DNA from: the human T2T-CHM13v2.0 reference genome, Homo sapiens
Length of the DNA stretch: 64,000 bases
Direction: 5' to 3' (one strand)
Assembly: GCF_009914755.1 (NCBI RefSeq)
Contig: NC_060935.1
Made by a program: the position numbers and the translations under genes. Shown piece after piece: positions 1 through 18,898 of the stretch (position 1 is its first letter; the number at the start of each line of letters is the position of its first letter). Under the pieces are notes generated by a model. It did not search any database. It was not told the origin of the DNA and saw nothing but the letters and a program-made list of their open reading frames with translations.

Positions 1-39
1 AAACAAACAAAAAACCTTACAAATAAAAAACAGATTTTA

Positions 40-373
<334 letters not shown>

Positions 374-472
374 CTATGGTAAATGGAAAGTCACTACAGT
401 CACGCGCCAGATAACGTTTCAGTCAACTACAGGCCGCGTATGCGATGGTGGTCACGTAAGATTATAGAGGGG

Positions 473-1510
<1,038 letters not shown>

Positions 1511-1599
1511 AAATTTAAAAATTTTTCAAAAATTTAAAAGTTAATGTATTATTGAAGAAATAAAATTTTTAAAATAAATTTAATGTAGCCTAAGTATAG

Positions 1600-2046
<447 letters not shown>

Positions 2047-4023
2047 CCAAAAAAAGTCTTTCATTTGGCATTTTTACTGTACCTTTTCTATGTTTAGATA
2101 CACAAATACTTACCATTGTGTTACAATTGCCTGCAGTATTCAGCACTGTGCGGTATACACGCAGGAAGGTAGCCTGGGAACCATAGGCTGTATCATACAG
2201 CCTGGATGTGTAGTAGGCTGTGCCATCTGGGTTTGTGTAAGTGCACTCTAGGATGTTTGAACAATGATGAAATCACCTGATGATGCGTTTCCCAGACATA
2301 TCCTGTTGTTCAGCAACGCATGACTGTACAGTGTACAGTGAAAATAAGCACGAGGAAGGCCAAATGGTCTTAGTTTGTGGATGGATGCTGTTGCCTAAAG
2401 AAGGCTTGCTCTCTCTCTGAGTAGGGACAGAAAGGAGGCTAAGCGTGAGAGAGGCGGCTTTGCCATACTAGATGCAATCACACTGGAGACCGGGGTCCAC
2501 GGTCGAGAACAGAGAAGCGCTTTCGCATTTCCCGCTGTTCCGCAGAGCTGAAAGACTGAGGCCAGACACCTCCTCAGGGCTTATCACGGTGGCTCACCTG
2601 CTCCTGCGGCTTCATCATCATCCAGTCAGAGTCCGTGGAAGCGGAGCTGGAGATGCTGGGGATAGGGGTTGGGGTCGGGTGGCAGGTAGCATGACGTGGA
2701 GGTTCAGTGAGGGGCCTGGGAGAATTGCTGAGAATGGGATAGTCCGAAAGGCGCGGCTCGCAGCCTGTGGAGTGTGAGGGGACCTGGGGAGCCCAGTGTG
2801 CACCCCGTAGAGTTTGGATGTGTATGACCCTAATCGTGACCCCTAGGAATGGGAGCTGAGGGACAGTTGAAGTGGTCAAGCCCTGGTGACCCTCCCATGT
2901 CGGGGAACTGCACAGCTCACCAAAAAACTCACCCTCACACTGCCATGAGAGTCTGAACTCGGATTCCTGGACAAGCGGGCATCAGCAGCCAGGGAGGGGC
3001 CGTGCGGCCCAGAGAGGACCACAGGGCATCTCTTGTGGAGGGGGGCATGTGTTCCCTTCCCCGGAGGAGAAAGGAACCTAGAGGGATGCAGAAGGGCACC
3101 AGGCAAACACTAATTTGGATATGAAATTAAAAATTTAAACGACACTGGCTTTTTCTGGTAACTAAAACTGATCAGATATTTATGGGCTCTGCCCAAGAGG
3201 TAGTTAAGAGAAACTTACCTTTCCTCAAGTTAATGGCTTACCAAGAATATGGGAAATATTTGGAAAGAGGGAATAATCTTTCTTCCCTACAATGAGAGAG
3301 AGATTGAGTATGTGGAAGGTGGTAGTTAAAGAAAGTGAAATATTTCTTTTGCTACTCCATTTGATTCAGACTGTTCAGTCAATTGGGGAGAGAAGGATTA
3401 AAACAATTTCAAAATATTTCATTTTTGTACCCTGCCATTCAACTAATGCCTGTTATTGTAATATCTAAAATTATCTTTGATATCTGCTATATTTTGGGAA
3501 ACTCTGCTCTAGGGGAAGTGAAGAGTTGCTCCCGGCCCCACCCTCCAACCCTGGGGTTGCCAGCGAAGGTACTGAAAGATGTGGGGTAGAATGGTGTCTA
3601 ACCTGTTTCTCTTCTCAATCTTCAGCAACCTTTGTCTACCTTTTATACTTGACCAAAATGACCATTTTCTCTCCATTTATATTTTCCTCTCTTTTTAACC
3701 ACAGAGCCACCAGCGTTCCAGCTTGTTATTTCCTCTTTCTGTTTTCCTCATTTGCTCTGTTTCTCTTCCCTCTTCCTGATTTCTTGATGCTTGCCTTTCG
3801 TTGGTCAGCAAGGGAGAAGTTTGCCCAACAGACTTTACTCTCCACTGACCGTTCTTAGGGCAAAATGAAAACCCCAGGCTGGAGCTGCCCAAGGCACTGT
3901 GAGAGGCAGTGCATCAGCCGGGTGCAAAATCTCCCGCCTGCAAAGCCAGGGGTGAAAGCCAGGCTGTGATTTCAGGTTCAGCCTCTTGTTAACTATTCAG
4001 CCTTGGGCAAGTCTCAACTTCTT

Positions 4024-5004
4024 TTTTTTTTTTTTTTTTTCCCAAGGAAGAAGAATTTTTCTTAGTACAGCACAAAATGAAAAGTCTCCCATGTCTACCT
4101 CTTTCTACACAGACACGGCAACCATCCGATTTCTCAATCTTCTCCCCACCTTTCCCCCCTTTCTATTCCACAAAACCGCCATTGTCATCATGGCCCGTTC
4201 TCAATGAGCTGTTGGGTACACCTCCCAGACGGGGTGGTGGCCGGGCAGAGGGGCTCCTCACTTCCCAGTAGGGGCGGCCGGGCAGAGGCGCCCCTCACCT
4301 CCCGGACGGGGCGGCTGGCCGGGCGGGGGGCTGACCCCCCACCTCCCTCCCGGATGGGGTGGCTGCCAGGCAGAGGCGCTCCTCACTTCTCAGATGGGGC
4401 GGCCGGGCAGAGACACTCCTCACTTTCCAGACGGGGTGGTGGCCGGGCAGAGGGGCTCCTCACTTCCCAGTAGGGGCGGCCGGGCAGAGGCGCTCCCCAC
4501 ATCTCAGACGATGGGCGGCCAGGCAGAGACGCTCTTCACTTCCCAGACGGGGTGGCGGCCGGGCAGAGGCTGCAGTCTCGGCACTTTGGGAGGCCAAGGC
4601 AGGCGGCTGGGAGGTGGAGGTTGTAGCGAGCCGAGATCACGCCACTGCACTCCAGCCTGGGCAACATTGAGCACTGAGTGAGCGAGACTCCGTCTGCAAT
4701 CCTGGCACCTCGGGAGGCCGAGGCAGGCAGATCACTTGCGGTCAGGAGCTGGAGACCAGCCCGGCCAACACGGCGAAACCCCGTCTCCACCAAAAAAATA
4801 CGAAAACCCGTCAGGCGTGGCGGCGCACGCCTGCAATCGCAGGCACTCTGCAGGCTGAGGCAGGAGAACCAGGCAGGGAGGTTGCAGTGAGCCGAGATGG
4901 CAGCAGGACAGTCCAGCTTCAGCTCTGCATCAGAGGGAGACCGTGGAAAGAGAGGGAGAGGAGGGAGAGGAGGGAGAGGAGGGAGAGGAGGGAGACGGGA
5001 GAGG
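4024..5004 (-). mobile_element. SVA, 3'-truncated within SINE-R, short VNTR, inserted in a MIR
   Basis: Hexamer-like head ~4950-5004, Alu-like domain, VNTR, partial SINE-R, poly(A). 15-bp TSD AAGTCTCAACTTCTT at 4009-4023 and 5005-5019. Confidence 0.95.
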
Positions 5005-5144
5005 AAGTCTCAACTTCTTGAATGATGTTTCTCCATCTGTTAGGTGGGATTAATAATAATACCTGCTTCCTAGACTTCTTAGGAAACTCAAATGAGGTGA
5101 CATGAAAATACACATCATAGATTTCTAGAAAAAAGTTTCCTTTT

Positions 5145-6135
<991 letters not shown>

Positions 6136-6248
6136 TTTTTCAAAAAATAATTTTTCTAATTAAGATATGTGTATATGTTTTAACATCTTTCAGAAACATA
6201 AAATTGAATGAAAAGAGTAATTTGCAGAAACACATGCAATATAATTTA

Positions 6249-6707
<459 letters not shown>

Positions 6708-7634
6708 TTACATATGTGAGCATATAATTACATATATACATGCTTTGTGTGTTTTAAAATGCACAATAAATGCATATATATATATACAGAAAATAATCAC
6801 ACACACGCACACACATGTGCGTGGGAAAAGTACTTAGAATGGCAGCTCTTGGGGCAGAATGAAAACCTAAGACCAGGGCTACCTAAGACACTGTGAGAGG
6901 CAGTGAATCGGGGTACAAAATCTCCCACCTGCAATGGGTTGGAAAAAAGATAGGAAAACATTCTAAATTCACATTAAAGATTGCTCCTGGGGAGAAAGTG
7001 CAATGGCACTGGGGAAGGGTACACAAGGGGCTTCAGCTATAGCTATAGTGTTTTATTTCTTTCTTCAAAAAAGGAAATGTGTAAAACAAATATAACAAAC
7101 TGTGAACAACTAACTGTTCCATCTTGATGGTAGGCACGTGTTTACTGTATTATTTTCTGTGCTTTTCCCTATTGAAAAAATGTGTTCTTAAGAAATGTTT
7201 TAGGGCCATTTGCAGTGGCCCATAATCCCAGGGCTTTGGGAGGCCAAGGTGGGAGGATCACTTGAGGCCAGGAGTTCAAGTCTAGTCTGGGCAACATAGT
7301 GAGACACTTGACCCTTGTCTCTACAAAAAAACAAAAAAACAAAAACACCTTTAACCAGACATCCTAGCTGTTCAGGAAGCTGAGGCAGGAGTATCACTTG
7401 AGCCCAGGAGTTCAACATTACAGTGAGTCGTGATCAAACCACTGCACTCCAGCTTGGGTAACAGAGCAAGACCTTGTCTAAAAAAAAAAAAAAAAAAAAG
7501 TTTCAGCTCAATGCTAAAAATCTGGAGAAAACAAAATGATAAAGGCAATAATAACAATAACCTAACTAAAATAATAGAAATAACAACTATAAACATTTTT
7601 GATGTACATACCTCTCATCTTTTGTGTTTATTTA

Positions 7635-8030
<396 letters not shown>

Positions 8031-8589
8031 TTAAGTCACCTGCTGGCAGCTGGGATAGATTGCCAGTGGCCTAGGTGTCAAACAGCAGGTTGATATAAAT
8101 AAAACCATTCATACCCCTTTTATTATGGAAGCTCCTGGTTTATAAACTTGCTCTTTACAAAAGATCTGCTGTGTAGGGTGTAAATATTTAATTTAATCCA
8201 CATCCACTTAGGCCTGCCTGGTGTTTGTTTTTCATTTATATTTCACTGTACTACAGAATGTCAAATTCATCTGCCAATTCTCTCCATTCAGTTAAGGGAG
8301 AAAAAAAGCAAAATTGTTTGTTGGTCTAGTATAGATATCAAATGTTGAGATGATCAACTACATTTTTCTTTTTTATCTACTTGGTTTAGAATTGTATACA
8401 TGTCGTCCTTCCACCTTAATAATAGATTAGGGTATTTTTTTTCTCTCCACCCTTTCACTTTTCAGCCACCTCCTTCTTTTACTTTGGGTTCAAGCTCAAG
8501 AGTTGGTTAAAGTGAAAGTTGCAGTACTCCACCAGTAAAGAAATTGGGGCTTGGCATCCAGTATCTAGACAAGTCACCTGAAAGTCTAG

Positions 8590-8920
8590 AACTGCACTGC
8601 CCAATACAGTATCCACTAGTTGCATGTAGCTATTTAAGTTAAAATTCATTACAATTAAATAAAATTTAAAATTCACTTCTTTGGCCAGGCACAGTGGCTC
8701 ATGCCGTAATCCCAGCACTTTGTGAGGCCAAAGTGGGAGGACTGCTTGCGCTCAGGAGTTGGAGACCAGTCTGGGTAACATGTTGAGACCACGCCCCTAC
8801 AAAAATTAAAAAAGAAAAAAAAAATTTACTTTCTCAGTCACACAAGGCACAAGCAAGTGCTCAATAGTCCCATGTGACTAGTGGCTACTGTTTTGGTGCA
8901 CAGATATGGAATATGTCTCC
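8590..8920. mobile_element. MER3-like hAT-Charlie element interrupted by an Alu monomer (8683-8825)
   Basis: 'gcactgcccaatacagtatccactag...gctcaatagtcccatgtgactagtggctac'. Confidence 0.65.
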
Positions 8921-8959
8921 ACCTTGGAAATCACGATCGGTAGTTCTGGTCTGTAATTA

Positions 8960-9511
<552 letters not shown>

Positions 9512-11079
9512 TCAGAGGCCTCTCTGCTTTTCCCTGGAGACTGTTCTTTCTGGTCAGCCACCCAAGCTGTCCTGGCCTACACCTCTGAGCTGTTATAAAA
9601 TCTTTTACTTATTTTTCCATGACCCACCCAAATGAGAATGTTGTAACATCTTCAGATAAAGCCCTCACCACGAGACAGAAGTAGATCCACCCATCTAAGC
9701 TTCCTTTTATGTTTATTTGTGAAAGAGTTTAGAGGTTTGAGGCAAATGTCATAGAGAATGCAGTTTCATTCTTAAACTTCTAGTTACTGGATCTATGTGT
9801 TTCCTTCTTGGAAAGAAAATTAATGGTCAAGTAATAGATGTAGAGTATAGAGAGCAGGAAATTAGCCAATAGGCATTAAGTGACTACCTAAGGCCAGTGA
9901 GTGGTCCAGTTCAGAACGACTCCTACTTTTGTAGAGGACATGCTCTACTGAAAGACACAGCAAGGAGCTATATTGACACTTGCTAATCTTTGAATCAAGG
10001 AAAAGCAATTAGCAAATGAAATTTCTGGTGATATGTCTTTTTAAAACCCATGAGACTTCTCTTACAATTCTCCCCATGGTTTCTGTGATCTCACCTAGTG
10101 TACCATTATCGAATTTTTCATTAGTTTCATTCTCCCTCTAGATTTTTCCATTTGGCTTTTACTGAGGTGGGCTTTGTGGGTATTCTAGAATGACTCAGTA
10201 CACCATTTAAACTTTAAATCACCACATTTTATTAGAACATCTATAAAGTATTTATTATTTCAATTAATAAAACTATGTCCTTTGGAATAATTGCCTTGGG
10301 TCATAAGTACAAAGTTAAAAACACTGAGCAAGTTATGTAAAACTATAAAAGCCTTTGGCAGATGATAAATGTGTGCTTTAGGCATTAAGCCATTTTAAAT
10401 AATTATAAAGCAGCTTTCACAAAATAATCTCTTATGGAGAGGGCAGCTGAAGAATGATAGATGTTGGCCAAAACTCTCAAAGAAGCCACACTAGGGGCTT
10501 CCCCAGAATTGGAGTGAGGAGAAAGTTATGTAAACAAGAGTTGCCATGAAGAGGCCTCTGCTGTTTCTGTTCCCTCTTCCATTGGTGGAACTGGGAAACT
10601 GTAAGGAGACGTGCCCTGCCAGATCTCAGATGACTGCAGCGCTGCAGAGGGAGCAGGCAGTCACTAGGGTAACCAAATCTCAAACCATTGAAGTCTTTGG
10701 TAGACATGGTCAATACTTGAAATTCTCCTTAGAAGCAAAGAGGCAGCTTATTCGGGCCCCCTAAGACAACTTTAATCTTATACTTTCAGAGTTTCAGAGG
10801 TAAAGGATATAAATCTGTTTCATTTTAATTTAATTTTATGTCTTCTCCTGAATGCCAGGCAAATATTAGCATGGCGTGCTGTCATCATGAGCTTCTCTTA
10901 ACTCACTAGGGGCTAATCATCATTCCCAGCTCCTCATCTTTGCCTCTTTGTAGTAGCAATAATGAGCTTGCAAGGGGATCTGGGAAGCCTCTTTGATTTA
11001 AGTTAGCCATGCAGAGTTACTAGTTACAATAGTATCAGTTGTTGAACATATTATTTAGGGTCAGACTGCCTGTATCATA

Positions 11080-11222
11080 GTCACATGCTTGTGAAAAAGC
11101 ATATTCCTGGACTCCACTGATGACCCAGTGAGTCAGGATCTAGGATCTTTGGAAACAGGTGCCAGGAATCTGCATTTTAATAAGCTTTCCTTGTGATTCT
11201 TATATACATTAACATTTAAGAT
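11080..11222. mobile_element. MER5-type hAT fragment
   Basis: 'ccaggaatctgcattttaataagctttccttgtgattcttat' motif. Confidence 0.6.
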
Positions 11223-11590
11223 GGAATGGATGGAAGAGAAAAAAGAATTTTTTTCTATGCCTTTTGCTATGAAGAAACAAGATGAGTCAGAAATTCAGCT
11301 AAACCCCTGGGCCAGAATAGAGAAAAATGAACAATTGAGCAATAAAGTCAGGGCGAAAAGCAGAAGTAGAAGAATTTAAACACTGTAAGTACCTCCAAGG
11401 AGTCCAATGACTGGGCAAGTCCAGTGACTGAGAGCCCACATGCCTCCCATTTTTCAAGCTAGTCCCAATTTCACATATCATGTTCTAGTGGTGGAGACCA
11501 TCAGCAGGTATTCATCTTCTCTTTATTTCCATTTCTCATTTGTAAAATAACAACAGAAGTTTCTGTCCTATATATCACATAATGTTTTTA

Positions 11591-11902
<312 letters not shown>

Positions 11903-13210
11903 TAGATCAAATGAGATAATATATGTGAAAGCAGTTTGCAAACTATAAAGTGCTTTTCAACCATCATTAAGTCTAGGGAGTAGTGAATTGTGTTACTCTT
12001 TCATTGACTAATTCTTTGTCATTTTGGAAAAATCGGCTACTAATTGGGTCTTCTCTTTAGTGAATTACAGCCATGTCCTTGAATCACGAGTGAACTATAT
12101 TGAGGCACAATCCATTCATTTATTCTTTGTCTTTGCAATTGAGTTAACAATGTGGTAATTAACACTGATTGTAGAGACACTTAGATAAGATGTGTTACTC
12201 AGGGCTCTTCATAAGTTAGACACAATTTAAGTCCTCATCCCTCTGACAATTCTTCTTCATATTCTTTCTTTTCCTTTTTGTTGCTCATTTAAAATTATCT
12301 ATTTGGGTTCTTAAATAAGTAATACATTTGAAAGAATCAAAAATCAAAAGTATACAAAGCTACACAATAAAAAGCCTCTCTATCCTTCCATCACCTGTTC
12401 ATCAAGTTCCTGCCTACCCTTTATAGGCAATCACTGTTATTGATTTCATCTGTGTACTTCCAGAGATTTTTTTTTTTTTTTTTTTTAATACACGAGCAGA
12501 AATAAATATATATCACTCCTCTTTTTACTTTAACATGATAGTAGCATGTATTACATACATAGTTGAGCACCTTTCTTGTTTCACTTAACAATGAATCTTA
12601 GAGATCTTTCCACAACAGAACATAGTTTTCTCAATCTCTTTTACAGCTATAGTAAATTTCATTTTATAGACGTGCCATTATTCATTTAGCCAGTCTCATA
12701 TTCATGAACTTCTAGATGGAGTCCAATATTTTGCTATTACAAATAATGTAGTGAGTAAACATGAACATTCATTATTTTCCATTTGTGTGAGTAGATCTGT
12801 ATGATAAATTCCATATGGATTACTTCCTAGCCTCTGAATGTTTTGGTTGAATTTTCGGGACAGTTCCCAAGTTGTGCACATCTTTCTTTAATTAGAGAAA
12901 CCAAATTTGTACACAATACTCTGCCCAGTGCTAAATACAGAATAATCCGCCCAGTGCTAAATACAGCAGGATTGCTTTTCTATCTTTTTGTTCTTACACA
13001 TCAGATCTGCCAGAATTGTAAACCCTTTTTAAAAATGGCCTAATGACTGTTGCAAAAAATAAGTTTATTAAAAATAATGATCTAACATTGCTGAATATTA
13101 AACATCTGAGCACCATGATTTCCAGTTACTTTACTGCTATTTCATTTTAGACTTTTTTTCTCTTTAATATGTGTGTTCTTTGTTTTGGTTCCCATCTTAA
13201 TGAATGCAAT

Positions 13211-13572
13211 GCATCTTAGTCCATTTTCTGTAGCTATAGTAGAATACTACAGACTGGGTACTTTATTTTTTAAAAAATAAGCTTATTTGGCTTCTGATTC
13301 TGGAGGCTGGGAAGTCCTAGAGCATGGTGCCAGCACTGGGCAAAGGGCTTTCCATGACAGAAGGCAAGAGAGCAAGCAGGCGTGTGAGACACAGAGAAAA
13401 AGGGGACTGAACTCGTCCTTTGTCAGGAAGCAACTCCTGAGATACTAACCCACTCCCCAAGAACAGCATTAATCCATTCATAAGGGCTTGGCCAAATCAC
13501 CTCTTAAAGACCTCACCTTCCAATACTGGTATACTGGTAATGAGTTTTGGAGGGGACATTCAAACCATATCA
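13211..13572 (-). mobile_element. MaLR solo LTR (MST family)
   Basis: Reverse strand starts TGATATGGTTTG and ends ...AAATGGACTAAGA; typical MST body. Confidence 0.8.
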
Positions 13573-13659
13573 GAAGGGTTTGATTAAGACCAGGGCTGCC
13601 CAATATGCAACAATGAAAGCAATTATGAATAGGGAGTAGAATGGCAAAATATATATATT

Positions 13660-13933
13660 TTTTCCCCAAGACAGAGTGTAGACCAGGCTAGAGTGCAGTA
13701 GTGTGATCGCAGCTTCTGTCTCCTGGGTTCAGGTGATTCTCCTGCCTCAGCCTCCTGAGTAGATGGGATTACAGGTGTGCACCACCACACCCAGCTAATT
13801 TTTTCATATTTTTGTTGGAAATGGGGTTTCGCCATGTTGGCCAGGCTGGTCTGTAACTCCTGGCCTCAAATGATCTGCCTGCCTCAGCCTCCCAAAGTGC
13901 TGGGATTACAGGTGTGAGCCACCATGTCTGGCC
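13660..13933 (-). mobile_element. Alu
   Basis: Dimer consensus. Confidence 0.9.
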
Positions 13934-14459
13934 AAAATATTCTTTTAACTGTCAAGTGTGTATGGTGGCAAAACGTTCTGAGTTCAAATATTTCATCTCA
14001 TTATCAGATCATATGTCTCAATTTTAGCTTTGGAAAATATAGTCACCATACAAATACAGAGTATTTTTGGCCCTGGAGTTTGGTAACTAGCCTGTCAGCA
14101 TTGAAGGGTCAGCAATTCTCAATTGCTTGAGAATTCCCAGTATAATTTACTGTTGATTAATGCTCAGTGATTCAAAGTGACTTAGTAGCAGAAAGAAATT
14201 ACTACTAACTGTAGGATTTTGAGGTATTTACTGAGCATATACAAGCCAATTACACTGGGTTTGTTTTTGATAAGAGGTGAAGCATAAATAATAAAAAGCC
14301 GCAAACAGCTTCCAAAGTTCATTTTAATTACTGAAATTGTATGACCACAATTTTCTCTAGGTCTTAGCTGTCCTTTCTTTTCTTTCTTCACTTCCAAACC
14401 CCTTTCGCTGGAATTGCCCAAGCAGGGGTAAAAGGGACTTTAAAAAAATATGTCCTTGG

Positions 14460-14783
<324 letters not shown>

Positions 14784-16869
14784 TCAAGGGAATGGTAAAA
14801 AAGGAGGGTGAGCCATTTGAGAAACCAAGGCAGAGATCTTGGATAACACATAAAGTAGATGAATGGTGGAGAGCTGATTTTTTGTTTTGTTTTGTTTTCA
14901 TCAGACACTGAATTTAAATTAGAATTGACACATAACATAGCTGAGTATAGAAAACAACAGAAATCACAACTGAACCCGCCCATCAAAATTTATAAAGAAC
15001 TAAGCAAATTGTCATATAGATAAAGAATCAGATGGCGACCCATCCTTTACTTGTTCTTGAGGGCAGCAATCCTTGGGTCTGCAAGCCCTGCACATTTTGT
15101 CACTGTAAATTCAACCTCATACGTCCTGAAAGCTTCAATCTTAATTTATCTAGGGCAGCAGCCAAGAGCAAGATTAAAAACAACTACTGCAAGAATAACT
15201 TCTCCTTGCAAGGATGGGTTATTGCTCCATACATCAGTCTTTATGACTTGAAACTGTTACAATCTTTTTATTTGGTGATGTTAGCTTGATCTGGTGATAT
15301 TCAAGTATCACTTATCCTCACCTAATATGTCACTTCTTGACACATGTGCTGTATAGTTTATCTTTGCTGTTCTCTGTGCACTTCAGTGTAAATAATTTCT
15401 GTTAGCTCTGAAAGGTTGCACATAGAGTGAAATCTCAGTGATTCGAGGAATAGGCATGCATTTTTGAATTGGTGCTTGTATTAAATATTCAATTGTGTCT
15501 GCCTCTCATAGTCTGTTTAGGAGCAATATCTTACTCTTTAGTTTCATTCCTAAATACTTTTTAGTATGCATCTCAAAGGGAAAAAAAGAATATTTTATCA
15601 TATAATTACATCTAACATCATTGTTAGATGATTCTCAAGATGAGTGTAAATTCCATAATATTTTACCATGACCATGTAATTTAGTGTGAGACTACCAGCA
15701 AGTACAGGTGACAATGACTCTGGTTTTCTGAAAAGATCTGAAGCAAATCTGGCCATTCCAAAATTAGCAGTATCTGAAGGCGTGATGGTGGTGTTAGTCA
15801 CCACGTAGTGATCAGCGCCTTGCCTCATCTGCAGCTCATCTCAAAAAGGAGTGAAATACCACTTGCTACACTGGATCTGGAAACAACTCAAGTCATCGGC
15901 AGCCTCCATCATGTAAATGTAACAAGGGACTTAAAAGCTGATGTTGGGATGAATGTTTCTGGACTGCTGGATGCAGAACTCTTTTTATCTCAAAATAGTA
16001 CAGACATCATCAAAAGTCCCTGTAGGGCAGGCATCCAGGAGCCGCTTTGAATGCTGCTGACTGTGCTTTTAAGGAGTTGTGCCAGAAATGTGATCATGAA
16101 CAACTTCTCATAAGAAGTCGGGATAGAGAGAGCCACATGAAAGGGTCTCCAGAATGTGGATACCAAGTCACTCTTTGAAAGTAAAGCTACTGAGAATTTG
16201 CATATACTTTTAAAATTTTTTATTTTTATTTTATTTTAATTATTTTGAGACAGGGTCTTGCTCTGTTGCCCAGGCTGGAGTGCAGTGGTGCAATCATAGC
16301 TCACTACAGCCTTGACCTCCGGGACTCAAGTGATCCTCCCACCTCAGCCTCCCATGTAGCTGGAACCACAGGCATGCACCATTACACCCAGCTAATTCTT
16401 TTTTTAATTTTTTGTAGAGATGTGGCCCAGGCTGGTCTTAAACTCCTGGGCTCAAGCAGTCCTCCAGCCTCGGCTTCCCAAAATGCTGGGATTACAGACG
16501 TGAGCCACCATGACTGGCCTACCGTATACTTTTTTCAAGTAATCATCTGCAGAAGTAGTGGTGAAAATGGGGGAAACAGTCATTTCCAACAAATGGACGT
16601 AAAATATGTGGTAATGTTTAAGCAGCATGTGTCTAGTCTAGTACGTTAGACAGCCAGTTCTGAAAGGAGGAAGACCTGGGTTCAAATGCTGTTATTTCCA
16701 CCTAGTTGCTACGTAATGTGAAACAAATTATTTAGTCTCATTAAGCCTCAGAGAGGCCAGGAGTTTGAGACCAGCCTTGCCAACATGGCGAAAACCCATC
16801 TCTTTTTTTTTTTTTTTTTTTTTGAGACAAAGTCTCACGTTGTCTCCCAGGCTGGAGCATTATTCCATA

Positions 16870-17650
16870 ATGCCCAGCCAGAAGCATTATTCTTAAGAGC
16901 CAAAAAGTGGAAACAACTCAAATGTCCATCAGCTGCTGAACAGACAAATTAAGTGTGGTCTAGGCTGGGCACAGTGACTCATGCCAGTAATCCTAGCACT
17001 TTGGGAGGCTGAGGTGGGAAGATTGTTTGAGGCCAAGAGTTTGAGACCAGCGTGGGCATAGCTGGGTTTAGTGGCGCATGCCTGTAGTCCCAGCTACTTG
17101 GTAGTCGGAGGCAGGAGGGTCGTTTGAGCTCAGGAGATTGCAATGAGCTATGATGGCGCCACTGCACTCCAGCCTAGGTGACAGAGCAAGACCCCATCTT
17201 AGAGAAAAAGAGAGAAATGTGGTCTAGCCATATGTTAACAAAAGGAATACTATTAATATTTGTCGATAAAAAGGAATAAAATAGTGATACATTGTACAAC
17301 GTGGTTAAATCTTGAAAACATTACGCTTAGTGAAATAAGCTAGTCACAAAGACCGCATACTTCTTGATTCTGTTTATATGAAATGTCTGGAAAAGGCAAA
17401 TCTGTAGATACAGAGAGTAAGATCTGTGGTTGCCTAAGGCTCGGGGAGGGAGCGTTGGAGGGAAATGGGGAATGGTTCCTAATGGGCACAATACTTCTTT
17501 TGGTGTGAAGAAAATGTTCTCAAATTTATTGTGGTGATGGTTGCATAAGTCTGTGAATACACTAAAAACCATTGAATTGTACACCTTAAATGGGTGAATC
17601 ATATGGTGTGTATGTATCAATAAAGTATAGTATATGTTAATAAAGCTGTT
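16870..17650 (+). mobile_element. L1M (L1MB/MC-like) 3' end, Alu-interrupted
   Basis: 'aaaaagtggaaacaactcaaatgtccatc...cttgaaaacattacgcttagtgaaataagc...aaaaccattgaattgtacac'. Confidence 0.8.
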
Positions 17651-18379
17651 ATATGAAAAACAAAACAAAACAAACAACAAACCAGGAATAGACCTTGGGG
17701 TCTCCCCAAACCTCTTTTACCTTATGAAGCTTTGCCTGAGAAGTAAGCTGGGCTCACTCTCTGGCATTTCTTTTTCTTTTTTTTTTTTTTTTAAAGATGG
17801 GGCCTCACTCTGTCACCAAGACTAGAGTGCAGTGGTGTGATCTGGGCTCACTGCAGCCTCCACCTCCTGGGATCAATGTTTCAGTCTCCCAGGTAGTTAG
17901 AACCACAGGTGCACACCACTATGCCTGGCTGATTTTTTTTTTTTTTTTTTTTTTTTTTTGTAGAATCAGGGTCTCACTATGTTACAGCCTTCCTGGGCTC
18001 AAGTGATCCTCCAGCCTCAGCCTCCCAAAGTGCTGGGATTACAGGTGTGAGCCACCACATCTGGCCCTTCTTATATTTCTTAATTAAACGAACACCATCA
18101 ATAAAAATGAAAAAACAATATGATATATTAGTTTGATCTGCATCTTACCTTCAACTCAAAGATTTTCAAATTTAATTTCAAATTTCAAGGTAATTTAAAT
18201 CTGACGGGTTTCATAAATGCTACTTAATAAACATATATTCAATAATGCACAGAATAACACAGAGAAGCAAAAAATAAGGATGCTGGGAAGGACATTTAGG
18301 AAGCAGGGGGAAAGAGTAACTTGTGGCTAGCCTGGCAGTAAGATCTAAACTAAACTGAGTGTTGGGAACTATAGTCATT

Positions 18380-18898
18380 AACACTGTCTACTGCCCACTT
18401 GACACCCTTTCCCCAACTCCCCCTTCCTATTTGATTTTGTTATCCACCCCTCCCACACTCCTCCCACCCTCAATTCCTTGGGAGGTCCCAGTTGGCTGAA
18501 GGCATCCAGCGCATTTTGTTTGCGCCCCGTCTTCTTACCTCCGTTCCCTAGTTACTGACTCAGGGGTGAGTATGTGACCCTGTTCAATCAGAGAATGTCA
18601 GGACTCCTGTTGGGAAGGCTGGGCGAGAAGCTGTTTTTTCTTCTGGATAATTTCCTGTGCAGATGTAGGATGAGACCTGCAACTATTGTGAATGATCTGC
18701 CATCAGCCTGCAGGTGAAGCTTTCCCAGGAGGAGCAAGAGCATCACAGAGCCGTGAGCTGAGGTCCTGACGGAAACCATGCCTGATCCCTGCCCCTTTAG
18801 GCTTTTCCAGTTGTGTGGGTCAATAAACACTATTTTTCTTTCGATCAGGTTGAGTAGACATTTCTATTATTTACAGCCAAAAACATCCTGATGAGACA
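18380..18898 (+). mobile_element. Old MaLR LTR (MLT1J/K-like)
   Basis: 3' end 'caataaacac...ttctattatttacagccaaaaacatcctgatgagaca' resembles an MLT1 terminus. Confidence 0.6.

Noticed and set aside
15700-16150. Coding-looking unique stretch (80-aa ORF)
   Set aside because: Non-ATG start and no protein or splice pattern I can recognise; a TBLASTX search would settle it.
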